A DNA stretch of 64,000 bases, from the NCBI RefSeq assembly GCF_009914755.1, contig NC_060929.1; one strand, written 5' to 3'. The notes beneath the pieces are model-generated. The model saw nothing but the letters and a program-made list of their open reading frames with translations, had not been told where the DNA came from and made no database searches. Source of the stretch: the human T2T-CHM13v2.0 reference genome, Homo sapiens. Within the stretch, counting starts at the first letter, position 1. Each line of letters starts with the position of its first letter. Both the position numbers and the translations under genes were made by a program. This document shows positions 11,963-24,343 of this stretch, in pieces.

Positions 11963-12531
11963 GGTCCCCTCCTGTGCAAGCAAAGCAGGAGCCCCAGGGC
12001 AGGGCCTCGCACCTCCAGGCCCGGTCCCGCTCCCAGGAGCCAGATACACATGCCGTACACCACCGCAGGTCACAGGTGCTGGTGGAACACGTCGTGCCAG
12101 CCTCGGAGCCTGCTGCCCGGGCCCTGGACACGCAGCCCCGGCCGAAGGGGCCGGAGAAGCAGTTCCTCAAGTCCCCCAAGGGCTCCGGGAAGCCGCCTGG
12201 GGTGCCAGCCAGCAGCAAGTCCGGGAAAGCCTTCAGCTACTACCTGCCGGCCGTCCTGCCGCCCCAGGCCCCTCAGGACGGCCACCACCTCCCGCAGCCC
12301 CCACCGCCACCCTACGGCCACAAGCGGTACCGCCAAAAGGGCAGGGAGGGCCACTCGCCACTCAAGGCCCCACACGCTCAGCCTGCCACAGTGGAGCACG
12401 AGGTGGTGCGGGACCTGCCGCCCACGCCAGCAGGAGAGGGCTACGCGGTGCCAGTGATCCAGCGGCACGAGCACCACCACCACCACGAGCACCACCACCA
12501 CCACCACCACCACCACTTCCACCCGTCCTAG
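11963..12531 (+). CDS. NKD2: NKD2 terminal coding exon 10 (GSPPVQAKQE...HEHHHHHEHHHHHHHHHFHPS*)
   Basis: tccgcag|GG acceptor, TAG at 12529-12531; KAFSYYLP and YGHKRYRQK motifs, poly-His tail. Confidence 0.97.
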
Positions 12532-12815
12532 CGCCACTGCCAAGCACACCTCGCTCCCAGCACACCACGGCCCGCGACCTCAGGGCAGGGAGCAGAGCAG
12601 CTGCCGGCTGTGTGCCCATGGGGAGCCCAGCCCCCACCCCCCACCTCCGACAGCAAACAGCAACTGACTGCAGGTGCTGGCATGATGGAGGTGGTGCACC
12701 TTGGACACGTGGACAAGGCCCAGGCGCCCTCTGCTCTTCTGCCCTCGATGCCACATGGCGGTGAACACATCTGAAGCCACTATGTTTCCTGGCTCTAAGG
12801 CTCGTCTGTGTAACC

Positions 12816-12821
12816 CATAAA
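12816..12821 (+). terminator. Candidate variant poly(A) signal CATAAA for NKD2
   Basis: Closest hexamer variant seen after the stop; no canonical AATAAA found nearby. Confidence 0.4.
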
Positions 12822-13671
12822 ACCTGCTTTGATTCCAAAATGAGGCCCTGGAGTGCGCAAGGAGTGCCCGGATGCTTGGGGTGGGTGTTCCTCCCGGGGC
12901 TTCAAGGGGTGACTGCTGTAGGCTGTCCCAGTGCGAGGCCGGGAGCGAATGGAAAAGCTGAGGCTTTGCCTGGCTTGTGCATCATGAAGTGAGAGGGGAC
13001 AGGGCCGGTGGGGGGAAGCAGCTTGTGCTTAGCAGGGAGCATCCGCGGCTCCCCGCAGGAGGCCAAGCAGCAGAAGGCAGCAGTGCTAGAAAGAGAAGTG
13101 CCAGAGTAGGGAGTGCAGACCAGTGAGGAGGGGCCACAGGGCACAGGGGGAGCCCACACCAGTGAGGAGGGGCCACAGGGCAGCATGCGGCAGTGGAGGT
13201 AGCCCCTGGTCCCGGAGCCACAGCAGCTCAGGTGCATGCAGGACACAGTCAAGGCGGGGAGGGGCAGGGCAACAGATGCTGGGGAGAGGGAGAGGCTCGC
13301 GCTGGGTGCGGCTCAGAACATGGGGACTTGCACATTCACGGTCCCAACACTCACGGGGCGACTTCTGTGACATGTCAGCTTTGGAGAAAGGTGTGTCCTG
13401 CAAGGGTCAGGAGACGGTTGCAGGCCAGAAGGACGTCCCAGTGACGTTTCGGAGTCTTGCAGCCTGCAGGGGTCCATGTGGTTACCCGGAACAGGAACCG
13501 TGGGGGTGCTTTCCGGGACCCAGGGGGCCCGTGCCAATGTTTCTGAGTCTTGGAGCCTGCAGGGGTCCACGTGTTTACCCTGAACAGGAACATGCGGGTG
13601 TTTTCCGGAATCTGGCGAGGCCGCGCGGCAGTTTTGCATTTACATTCCTTGTTTTGTTTTTAAGGATAAAG

Positions 13672-14050
13672 CGGTGCTGGGTGGGGTCTGTGGGAGGGGT
13701 TTGAGCCATGGCGGAAGATCCCTGGTGAATGGCTTGGATGTTTGTCGCCTCCGAGTCTCATGCTGAGACGTGATCCGTGGTGCTGGGTGGGGTCTGTGGG
13801 AGGGGTTTGAGCCATGGCGGAAGATCCCTGGTGAATGGCTTGGATGTTTGTCGCCTCCGAGTCTCATGCTGAGACGTGATCCGTGGTGCTGGGTGGGGTC
13901 TGTGGGAGGGGTTTGAGCCATGGCGGAAGATCCCTGGTGAATGGCTTGGATGTTTGTTGCCTCCAAGTCTCATGCTGAGACGTGATCCGCAGTGCTGGGT
14001 GGGGTCTGTGGGAGGGGTTTGAGTCATGAGGACAGATCCCTGGTGAATAT
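13672..14050. repeat. 106-bp tandem repeat (~3.5 copies) made from the LTR 5' region
   Basis: GTGGGGTCTG recurs at 13681, 13787, 13893, 13999. Confidence 0.95.
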
Positions 14051-14121
14051 GGCTTGGCGCCCTTGCCGTGGTGATGAGTGAGCTCTCATTCGGTGTTTGT
14101 GGGAGATCTGGTTCTTTAGAG

Positions 14122-14452
14122 CAAGGGCCACAACCCCCAGGCTGTGGACTGCTACTGGTTTGTGGCCTGTTAGGAACGGGCCGCACAGCATGGGGTGGGC
14201 GGTGGTGAGTGAGCATGAGTGCCTGAGCCCCGCCTCCTGTTAGATCAGAGGCGGGATTAGATCCTGATGGGTGCTCGAACCCTGTTGTGAACTGCGCATA
14301 CGAGGGATCTAGGTTGTGTGTTCCTTATGAGAATCTAATGCCTGATGATCGGAAGTGGAAGTTTCATTCTGAAACCATCCCCACACCCCGTCCGTGGAAA
14401 ACTTGTCTTCCACAAAACCAGTCCCTGGTGGCAAAAAGGTTGGGGACTGCTG
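14122..14452 (+). mobile_element. MER1B (hAT-Charlie MITE) nested in the LTR
   Basis: Internal GTGGCCTGTTAGGAAC and CCTTATGAGAATCTAATGCCTGATGATC, end AAAAAGGTTGGGGACTGCTG; imperfect 8-bp TSD CTTTAGAG/GTTTAAAG. Confidence 0.88.
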
Positions 14453-14830
14453 GTTTAAAGGAACTGGCACCTCCCCCTCTCTCTCTTGCTCTGACCATGT
14501 GACATGCCTGCCCCTCCTTTGCCTCCTGTGTTGAGTGGAAGCTTCCTGAGGTCTCCCCAGAAGCTGAGCAGATGCGGGCACCATGCTTGTACAGCCTGCA
14601 GAACGGGGAGCCACATAAACCTCTTTTCTTTATAAATACCCCAGTGCCAGGTATTCTTTTATAGCAATGCCAAACAGACTAACACAGGAACCTCCCCCCT
14701 GTCAAAAACCCTACAAAAAACACATATGCACAAAAAGTGAGCCAGTGCTGAATGGTCTCGTTCATTAAACACCCACATGTAAAGATCAGTGTGTCTTGTC
14801 AGTTACGCTGCAGCAGCTTGGCCTGGGGCC

Positions 14831-14949
14831 AAGGGCGAATTGTGTGTGTGAAGCTGTTGGGTACCATGTCCAGCAGGCCTGGCACATGGTGGTTGGGAAG
14901 GGACACAGCACAGGATGGCATCAGGTCCCTCTCTGGCTCCCGGGCCACA
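14831..14949 (+). repeat. Left arm of 119-bp inverted repeat (partner 24344-24462)
   Basis: Ungapped manual alignment to reverse complement of 24344-24462: 99/119 identical. Confidence 0.92.
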
Positions 14950-15249
14950 CCTGTCGGGGGACATGGGTGCCACCAAAAGGAAGGCCGTGCTGTGCTGCAG
15001 GCAAGATGGAGGCAGAGGCTCCTCGGAGGACTCCCGGCACACAGCCTGCTCCTGGGGCAGCTCTACCTGCCGTTTGGCCCAGTCTTCCCACCATGCTGGC
15101 ACCAGAAAGGCTTCACTGCAGGAGACCGGGTGACAAAGGTGACACACGGACAGAGGCCTGGGTCACAGAAACCAAGAGCCTTGTTCTTTCTTGTGTGAGT
15201 GTAGACTTTGACTACCAGATGATCTTGTCGCTGGACCAGCCTGTATCTG

Positions 15250-18200
15250 AATGAGTGGGAGTGACTTGGTGTAAATTAGTGAGTGAATGGGTGAAGGATG
15301 AGTGGGTGAATTAGGGAATGAATGAGTGAACGGGTGAATAAATGAATGGAACGGTGACTGAGTGAGTGAATGACAGTGGTGAGTGAGGGCTGAGGGGTAA
15401 ATGAGTACATGAGTAGGCGAATGAATGCATGACAGTGAGTGGGTTAGTGTGTAAATGAGTGTGTGAATGAGTGAACGGGTGAATGAACAATGAGTGAGTG
15501 ACAGTGATGAGTGAGGGCTGAGGGGTAAATGAGTACATGAGTAGGCGAATGAATGGGTGGGTGACAGTGGGTGAGCTGTGAATGAATGGGTGCTTAAGGA
15601 GTGAGTGAATGATGAGTGGGTGAATGGGTGAGTCAGGGAACGGGTGGATGAGCAGGTAAGTGAATTAGTATGCAGATGACTGGGTGAACGAGTTGGTGAG
15701 TGAGGGAACCAGTGAGTGAGTGGGTTAGTGTGTGAATGAGTGGGTTAGTGTGTGAATGAGTGGGTGTGTGAACGAGTGGGTCAGTGTGTGAATGGGTGTG
15801 TGAACAAATGGGTTTGTGTGAATGGGTGTGTGAACGAGTGGGTGTGAATGAGTGAATGGGTGTGTGAAGGAGTGGGTTAGTATGTGAATGGGTGTGTGAA
15901 CGAGTGGGTTAGTGTGTGAATGAGGGAGTTTGTGAATGAGGGAGTTAGTGTGTGAATGGGTGTATGAACGACTGGGTTTGTGAATGGGTGTGTGAACGAA
16001 TGGGTTAGTGTGTGAATGGGTGAGTTTGTGAAAGAGGGAGTGTGTGGATGTGTGAATGAGTGGGTTAGTGTGTGAATGAGTGGGTGTGTGAATGAGTGGG
16101 TGGTGTGTGAATGAGTGGGTTAGTGCATGAATGAGTCGGGTTATTGTGTGAATGAGTTTGTGAATGGGTTAGTGCGTGAATGAGTGGGTGGGTTAGTGTG
16201 AATGAGTGGGTGTGTGAACGAGTGGGTGAGTTAGCGTGTGAATGAATGGGTTAGTGTGTGAGGGGGTTAGTGTGTGAATGGGTGTGTGAATGAGTGGGTT
16301 AGTGTGTGAACGAGTGGGCTAGTGTGTGAACGAGTGGGTGAGTTTGTGAATCAGTGGGCGAGTTAGTGTGTGAATGGGTGAATTCGTGTGTGAATGTGTG
16401 TGAACGAGTGGGTGACTTAGTGTGTAAATGACTGGGTGTGTGAGCGAGTGGGTGTTAGGGTGTGAGTGGGTTAGTGTGTGAATGGGTGAGTTAGTGTGTG
16501 AATGAGTTAGTGTGTGAATGAATCAGTGGGTTAGTGTGTGAATGAGTGAGTGAATGGGTGGGTTAGTGTGTGTGTGAAGGGGTTAGTGTGTGAACGAGTG
16601 GGCGAGTTAGTGTGTCAATGAGTGGGTGTGAATGAGTGCGTGTGTGAATGAGTGGGTGAGTTAGTGTGTGAATGAGTGGCTGTGAACGAGTGGGTGAGTT
16701 TGTGAATGAATGGGTGAGATCGTGTGTGAATGGGTTAGTGTGTGAATGAGTGGGTGGGTTAGTGTGTGAATGAATGGGTAGATTAGTGTGTGAATGAGTG
16801 GGTTAGTGTGTGAATGAGTGGGTGGGTTAGTGTGTGAATGAGTGAGTTAGTGAATGGGTGGGTTAGTGTGTGAGTGAGTGCATGAATGGGTGAGTTAGTG
16901 TGTGAACGAGTGGGCGAGTTAGTATGTGAATGAGTGGGTTAGTGTGTGAAGGAGTGGATGTGTGAACAAGTGGGTGAGTTAAGTGTGTGAATGAGTGGGT
17001 GTGTGAACGAGTGGGTGTGTGAATGAATGGGTGAGTTCGTGTGTGAATGAGTGGGTGTGTGAATGAGTTGGGTTTGTGAATGAGTGGGTGAGTTTGTGAA
17101 CGAGTGGGCGAGTTAGTGGGTGAATGAGTGTGTGAATGAGTGGATGAGTTAGTGTGTGAACGAGTGGGTTAGTGTGAATGAGTGGGCGAGTTAGTGTGCA
17201 AATGAGTGGGTGAGTGTGAATGGGTGTGTGAACGAGTGGGTTAGTGTGAATGAATGGGTGAGGTAGTGTGTGAATGAGTGGGTTAGTGTGAATGAGTGGG
17301 TGTGTAAATGAGTTTGTGAATGAGTGGGCAGGTTAGTGTGTGAATGAATAGGTGAGTGTATGAACGGGTTAGTGTGTGAATGAGTGTGTGAATGAGTGGG
17401 TTAGTGAAAGAGTGGGCAAGTTAGTGTGTGAATGAGTGGGCGAGTTAGTGTGTGAATGAGTAGGTGAGTGTGTGGGTGTGTAAATGAGTGGGTGAGTTTG
17501 TGAATGAATGGGTTTGTGAATGGGTGGGTTAGTGTGTGAATGAGTGGGTTAGTGTGTGAATAAGTTGGGTTGTGTGAATGAGTGAGTGTGTGAATAAGTG
17601 GGTGGGTTAGTGTATGAGTGAGTGTGTGAATGGGTGAGTTTGTGAACGAGTGGGCAAGTTAGTGTGTGAACGAGTGGGCAAGTTAGTGTGTGAACGAGTG
17701 GGCGAGTTAGTGTGAATGAGTGGGCGAGTTACTGTATGAATGAGTGGGCGAGTTAGTGTGTGAATGAGTAGGTGTGTGAATGAGTGGGTGTGTGAACGAG
17801 TGGGTGAGTTTGTGAATGAATGGGTTAGTTTGTGAATGAGTGGGTGGGTTAGTGTGTGAATGAATGGGTGAGTTAGTGTGTGAATGAGTGGGTTAGTGTG
17901 TGAATAAGTTGGGTTGTGTGAATGAGTTAGTGTGTGAATAAGTGGGTGGGTTAGTGTATGAATGAATGGGTGAGTTTGTGAACGAGTGGGCAAGTTAGTG
18001 TGTGAGTGGGCGAGTTAGTGTGTGAAGCAGTGGGCAAGTTTGTGAATGAGTGGGTGAGTTACTGTGTGAATGAGTGGGCATGTGAATGAGTCGATGAGTT
18101 AGTGTGTGAATGGGTGTGTGAACGAGTGGCTGAGTTAGTGTGTGAATGAGTGGGTTAGTGTGTGAATGAGGGATTTTGTGAATGGGTGTGTGAACGAGTG

Positions 18201-21200
18201 GGTGAGTTAGTGTGTGAATGAGTGGGTGTGTGAATGAGTGGGTGAGTTGGTGTGTGAAAGAGTGGGTTAGTGCATGAATGGGTGGGTTAGTGTGTGAATG
18301 AGTGGGTTGTGAACGAGTGGGTGAGTTAGTGTGTGAATGAGTGGGTGACTGTGTGAATGAATGGGTTAGTGTGTGAATGAGTGGGTGAGTTAGTGTGTGA
18401 ACGAGTGGGCGAGTTTGTGAATGAGTGGGGGAGTTAGTGTGTGAATGAGTGGGTGAGTTAGTGTGTGAATGGGTGTGTGAATGAGTGGGCTAGTGTGTGA
18501 ATGAGTGGGTGTGTGAACGAGTGGGTGAGTTAGTGTGTGAATGAATGGGTTAGTGTGTGAATGGGTTAGTGTGAGTGAGTCAGTGGGTTAGTGTATGAAT
18601 GAATGAGTGGGTGGGTTAGTGTGTGAATGAGTGGGTTAGTGTGAAAGAGTGGGCGAGTTAGTGTGTCAATGAGTGGGCGAGTTTGAATGTGTGTGAACAA
18701 GTGGGTGAGTTAGTGTGTGAATGAGTGGGTTAGTGTGTGAATGAGTGGGTGTGTGAACGAGTGGGTGAGTTACTGAATGAATGGGTGGGTTAGTGTGTAA
18801 ATGAATGGGTGAGTTAGTGTGTGAGTGGGTTAGTGTGTGAATGAGTCAGTGGGTTAGTGTGTGAATGAGTTCGTGTGTGAATGGGTGAGTTAGTGTGTGA
18901 ATGAGTGGGTGAGTTAGTGTGTGAATGAGAGGGTGTGTGAACGAGTGGGTTAGTGTGTAAATGAGTGGGTGTGTGAACGAGTGGGTGAGTTGGTGTGTGA
19001 AAGAGTGGGTTAGTGCATGAATGGGTGGGTTAGTGTGTGAATGGGTTGTGAACGAGTGGGTGAGTTAGTGTGTGAATGAGTGGGTGAGTGTGTGAATGAA
19101 TGGGTTAGTGTGTGAATGAATAGGTGAGTTAGTGTGTGAATGAGAGGGTGTGAACGAGTGGGTGAGTTAGTGTGTAAATGAGTGGGTGTGTGAACGAGTG
19201 GGTGAGTTAGTGTGTGAATGAGTGGGTGAGTTAGTGTGAATGAATGGGTGTGTGTGTGAATGAGTGGGTTAGTGTGTGAATGAGTCGGGTTAGTGTGTGA
19301 ATGAGTGAGTGTCAATGAGTTAGTGTGTGAATGAGTGGGTTAGTGTGTGAACGTGTGGGCAAGTTAGTGTGTGAGTGGGCGAGTTAGTGTGTTAATGAAT
19401 AGGTGAGTTTGTGAATGAGTGGGTGTGTGAACGAGTGGGTGAGTTAGTGTGTGAATGAATGGGTTAGTGTGTGAATGGGTGGGTTAGTGTGTGAATGAGT
19501 GAGTTCGTGTGTGAATGGGTGAGTTAGTGTGTGAATGAGTGGGTGAGTTAGTGTGTGAATGAGAGGGTGTGTGAACGAGTGGGTTAGTGTGTAAATGAGT
19601 GGGTGTGTGAACGAGTGGGTGAGTTGGTGTGTGAAAGAGTGGGTTAGTGCATGAATGGGTGGGTTAGTGTGTGAATGGGTTGTGAACGAGTGGGTGAGTT
19701 AGTGTGTGAATGAGTGGGTGAGTGTGTGAATGAATGGGTTAGTGTGTGAATGAGTAGGTTAGTGTGTGAATGAGAGGGTGTGTGAACGAGTGGGTGAGTT
19801 GGTGTGTAAATGAGTGGGTGTGTGAACGAGTGGGTGAGTTAGTGTGTGAATGAGTGGGTGAGTTAGTGTGAATGAATGGGTGTGTGTGTGAATGAGTGGG
19901 TTAGTGTGTGAATGAGTCGGGTTAGTGTGTGAATGAGTGTGAATGAGTTAGTGTGTGAATGAGTGGGTGAGTTAGTGTGTGAACGTGTGGGCAAGTTAGT
20001 GTGTGAGTGGGCGAGTTAGTGTGTTAATGAATAGGTGAGTGTGAATGAGTGGGTGTGTGAACGAGTGGGTGAGTTAGTGTGTGAATGAATGGGTTAGTGT
20101 GTGAGTGGGTGGGTTAGTGTGTGAATGGGTGGGTTAGTGTGTGAATGGATGAGTTAGTGTGTGAATGAGTGGGTTAGTGTGTGAATGAGAGGGTGTGTGA
20201 ACGAGTGGGTGAGTTGGTGTGTAAATGAGTGGGTGTGTGAACGAGTGGGTGAGTTAGTGTGTGAATGAGTGGGTGAGTTAGTGTGAATGGGTGTGTGTGT
20301 GAATGAGTGGGTTAGTGTGTGAATGAGTCGGGTTAGTGTGTGAATGAGTGTGAATGAGTTAGTGTGTGAATGAGTGGGTGAGTTAGTGTGTGAACGTGTG
20401 GGCAAGTTAGTGTGTGAGTGGGCGAGTTAGTGTGTTAATGAATAGGTGAGTGTGAATGGGTGTGTGAACGAGTGGGTGAGTTAGTGTGTGAATGAATGGG
20501 TTAGTGTGTGAGTGGGTGGGTTAGTGTGTGAATGGGTGGGTTAGTGTGTGAATGGATGAGTTAGTGTGTGAATGAGTGGGTTAGTGTGTGAATGAGTCGG
20601 GTTAGTGTGTGAATGACTGGGTGGGTTAGTGTATGAATGAGTGTGTGAATGGGTGAGTTAGTGTGTGAACGAGTGGGCGAGTTAGTGTGTGAATGGGTGA
20701 GTTAGTGTGTGAATGAGTGGCTGAACGACTGTGTGAATGGGTGTGTGAACGAGTGGGTTAGTGTGTGAATGAATGGGTGAGTTCGTGTGTGAATGAGTGG
20801 GTAAGTGTGTGAATGAGTCGGGTTAGTGTGTGAATGTATGAATGAGTGGGTGGGTCAATGTGTGAATGAGTTAGTGTGAATGAGTGGGTGAGTTAGTATG
20901 TGAACGAGTGGGTGAGTTAGTGTGTGAATGAGTGGGCGAGTTAGTGTGTGAATGGGTCAGTGTTTTGGTGTGTGAACGAGTGGGTGAGTGTATGAGTGGG
21001 TTAGTGTGTGAATGAGGGAGTTAGTGTGTGAGTGGGTTTGTGAACGAGTGGGTTAGTATGTGAATGAGTGGGTGAGTTAGTGCATGACTGAGTGGGTGAG
21101 TTGGTGTGTGAATGAGTGGGTTAGTGCATGAATGGGTGGGTTATTGTGTGGATGAGTGTGAATGGGTGTGTGAACGAGTGGGTTAGTGTGTGAATGAGTG

Positions 21201-24040
21201 GGTTAGTGTGTGAGTGTGTTAGTGTGTGAGGGTGTGTGAATGAGGGGGTTAGTGTGAACGAGTGGGCGAGTTTGTGAATGAGTGGGCGAGTTAGTGTGTG
21301 AATGAGTGGGTGTGTGAATGAGTGGATGTTATTGTGTGAATGAGTGGGTGTGTGAACGAGTGGGTTAGTGTGTGAATGAGTGGGTGAGTTAGCGTGTGAA
21401 TGAGGGATTTAGTGTGTGTGGGTGTGTGAACGAGTGGGCGAGTTAGTGTGTGAATGAGTGGGTTAGTGTGTGAATGGGTGTGTGAGTGGGTTAGTGTGTG
21501 TATGGGTGTGTGAACGAGTGGGTTAGTGTGTGAATGAATGGGTTAGTGTGTGAATGAGTCAGTGGGTTAGTGTATGAATGTGAGTGGGTGGGTTAGTGTG
21601 TGAATGAGTGGGTGAGTTAGTGTGTCAATGAGTGGGTGAGTTTGTGAATGAGTGTGTGTGAACAACTGGGTGAGTGTGTGAATGAGTGGGTGAGTGTGTG
21701 AATGAGTGGGTTAGTGTGTGAATGAGTGGGTTTGTGAATGAGCCGGTGGGTTAGTGTGTGAATGAGTTAGTGTGTGAATGAGTGGGTGGGTTAGTGTGTG
21801 AATGAGTTAATGTGTGAATGAGTGGGTGAGTTACTTTGTGAACGAGTGGGCGAGTTAGTGTGTGAATGGGTTAGTGTGTGAATGAGTGGGTGTGTGAAGG
21901 AGTGGGTGAGTTACTATGTGAATGAATGGGTGAGTTAGCGTGTGAATGGGTGGGTTAGTTTGTGAATGAATGGGTGAGTTAGTGTGTGAGTTGGTTAGTG
22001 TGTGAATGAGTCGGTGGGTTAGTGTGTGAATGAGTTCGTGTGTGAATGGGTGAGTTAGTGTGTGAATGAATGGGCGAGTTAGTGTGTGAATGAGTGGGTT
22101 AGTGTGTGAATGAGCGGGTATGTGAACGAGTGGGTTAGTGTGTAAATGAGTGGGTGTGTGAATGAGTGGGTGTTTGTGTGAATGAATGGGAGAGTTAGTG
22201 TGTGAATGGGTGAGTTAGTGTGTGAATGAGCGGGTGTGTGAACAAGTGGGTTAGTGTGTAAATGAGTGGGTGTGTGAATGAGTGGGTTAGTGTGTGAATG
22301 AGTGGGTTAGTGTGTGAATGAGTGGGTTAGTGTGCAAATGAATGGGTGAGTTTGTGAATGGGTTAGTGTATGAATGAGTCGGTGGTTTAGTGTGTGAATG
22401 AGTGTGTGAATGAGTAGGTAAGTTAGTGCGTGAACGAGTGGGTGAGTTAGTGTGTGAATGAGTCGGTGAGTTAGTGTGTGAATGAATGGGTTAGTGTGTG
22501 AATGAGTGGGTGAGTTAGTGTGTGAATGGATGAGTTAGTGTGTGAATGAGTGGGTTAGTGTGTGAATGAGTCGGTGGGTTAGTGTGTGAATGGGTGGGTT
22601 AGTGTATGAATGTGTGAATGGGTGAGTGTGTGAATGGGCAAGTTAGTGTGTGAATGGGTTAGTGTGTGAATGGTCGAACGAGTGTGTGTGTGAATGGTTG
22701 TGTGAACGAGTGGGTTAGTGTGTGAATGGGTGAGTTCGTGTGTGAATGTGGGTGTGTGTCGGGTTAGTGTATGTGTGAATGAGTGGGTGGGTCAATGTGT
22801 GAATGAGTGTGAATAAGTGGGTTAGTGTGTGAACGAGTAGGCGAGTTAGTGTGTGAATGAGTGGGTTAGTGTGTGAATGGGTCAGTGTGTGAGTGGATGT
22901 GTGAACGAGTGGGTGAGTTTGTGAATAGGTGTGTGAATGAGTGGGTTAGTGTGTGAATGGAGTTTGTGGGTGTGTGAACGAGTGGGTTAGTGTGTGTTAG
23001 TGTGTGAATGGGTGAGTTGGTGTGTGAATGAGTGGGTTAGTGTGTGAATGAGTGGGTGGGTTATTGTGTGAATGAGTGGGTTAGTGTGTGAGGGAGTTAG
23101 TGTGTGAGTGGGTGTGTGAACGAGTGGGTTAGTATGTGAATGAGTGGGTTAGTGTGTGACTGGGTGAGTTGGTGTGTGAATGGGTTAGTGCATGAATGGG
23201 TGGGTTATTGTGTGGATGAGTGTGTGAATGGGTGTGTGAACGAGTGGGTTAGTGTGTGAATGGGTTAGTGTGAGTGTGTTAGTGTGTGAATGAGGGTGTG
23301 TGAATGAGGGGGTTAGTGTGTGAACGAATGGGCGAGTTTGTGAATGGGTGTGTGAATGAGTGGATGAGTTGTGTGAATGGGTGTGTGAACGAGTGGGTGA
23401 GTGTGTGAATGAGTGGGTTAGTGTGTGAATGAGGGATTTAGTGTGAGTGGGTGTGTGAACGAGTGGGTTTGTGAATGAGCGGGTGTGTGTGAATGAGTGG
23501 GTGAGTTGGTGTGTGAATGAGTGGGTTAGTGCGTGAATGAGTGGGTGGGTTAGTGTGTGAATGAGTGGGTGTGTGAACGAGTGGGCGAGTTTGTGAATGG
23601 GTGTGTGAACGAGTGGGTTAGTGTGTGAATGGGTTAGTGAATGGGCTAGTGTGTGTCAGTGGGTTAATGTGTGAATGAGTTGGTGAATGTGTGAACGAGT
23701 GGGCGTTAGTGTGTGAATGAGGGTGTGTGAACGAGTGGGTGGGTTAGTGAATGAGTGTGCGAATGAGTGGGTAAGTGTGTGAATGAGTGGGTGAGTGTAT
23801 GAGTGGGCAAGTTAGTATGTGAATGGGTGTGTGAACGAGTGGGTGAGTTGAGTGGGTGTGTGAACAAGTGGGTTAGTGTGTGAATGAGTGGGTTAGTGTG
23901 TGAGTGGATTAGTGTGTGAATGAGTGGGTGGGTTTGTGAATGAGTGGGTTAGTGTGTGAACGAGTGGGCAAGTTAGTGTGTGAATGAGTGGGCGAGTTAG
24001 CGTGTGAATGGGCGAGTTAAGTGTGTGAATGAGTGGGTGA
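15250..24040. repeat. ~8.8-kb GT-rich satellite-like array (GAATGAGTGGGTTAGTGTGT variants) between convergent NKD2 and SLC12A7
   Basis: Continuous degenerate units of GTGTGAATGAGTGGG(TGAG)TTA; strand very C-poor. Confidence 0.98.
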
Positions 24041-24343
24041 CTGCTCTAGCCGAGTTCTTGCTCCTTGGGAAGCACCGGCCAAGGCTAGGAAGCAGCCTGG
24101 TTTTTGGGGTCCCAGGGAAGGGGACACCTAGGGGTTTCTGACTGGGCCCTGGTCCCAGATGTGTAGGCATCAGTGGGTCTCCAAACCTCCCTGCTGGAAT
24201 TTGTGAGCACCTGGCCCTCAGGACAGTAGGCCCACCCCAGCCGGCCGCTCCCGTGCTCTGAGTCCCGGGTGTGGATGCCTGGGTGCAGCCAGCACTCACC
24301 CCTCAGGGGTCCGAGGACGACGCTGCTCTCACGGTCACTCTCC

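Larger units (their letters stand above)
1..12840 (+). other. NKD2: NKD2 gene body, 3' part (intron 3 to 3' UTR); 5' exons lie left of the window, 3' end approximate
   Basis: Seven GT-AG exons splice in frame into Naked cuticle homolog 2 sequence with EF-hand (EFX) region and C-terminal poly-His. Confidence 0.95.
13672..14686 (+). mobile_element. MST-family (MSTB-like) ERVL-MaLR solo LTR, with amplified 5' part and a MER1B insertion
   Basis: Matches MST LTR hallmarks GGATGTTTGTCNCCTCCAAGTCTCATG..., GGAAGCTTCCTGAGG, TAAACCTCTTTTCTTTATAAA and terminal GACTAACACA. Confidence 0.85.

Noticed and set aside
17607-20405. His/Thr-rich ORFs on the - strand of the array
   Set aside because: Low-complexity translation products of the repeat.
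15250-24040. Interstitial telomeric array (many GGGTTAG)
   Set aside because: Context is TGGGTTAGTG, with no tandem TTAGGG runs or TAGGGTT shelterin sites as a rule; not a telomere relic on this evidence.
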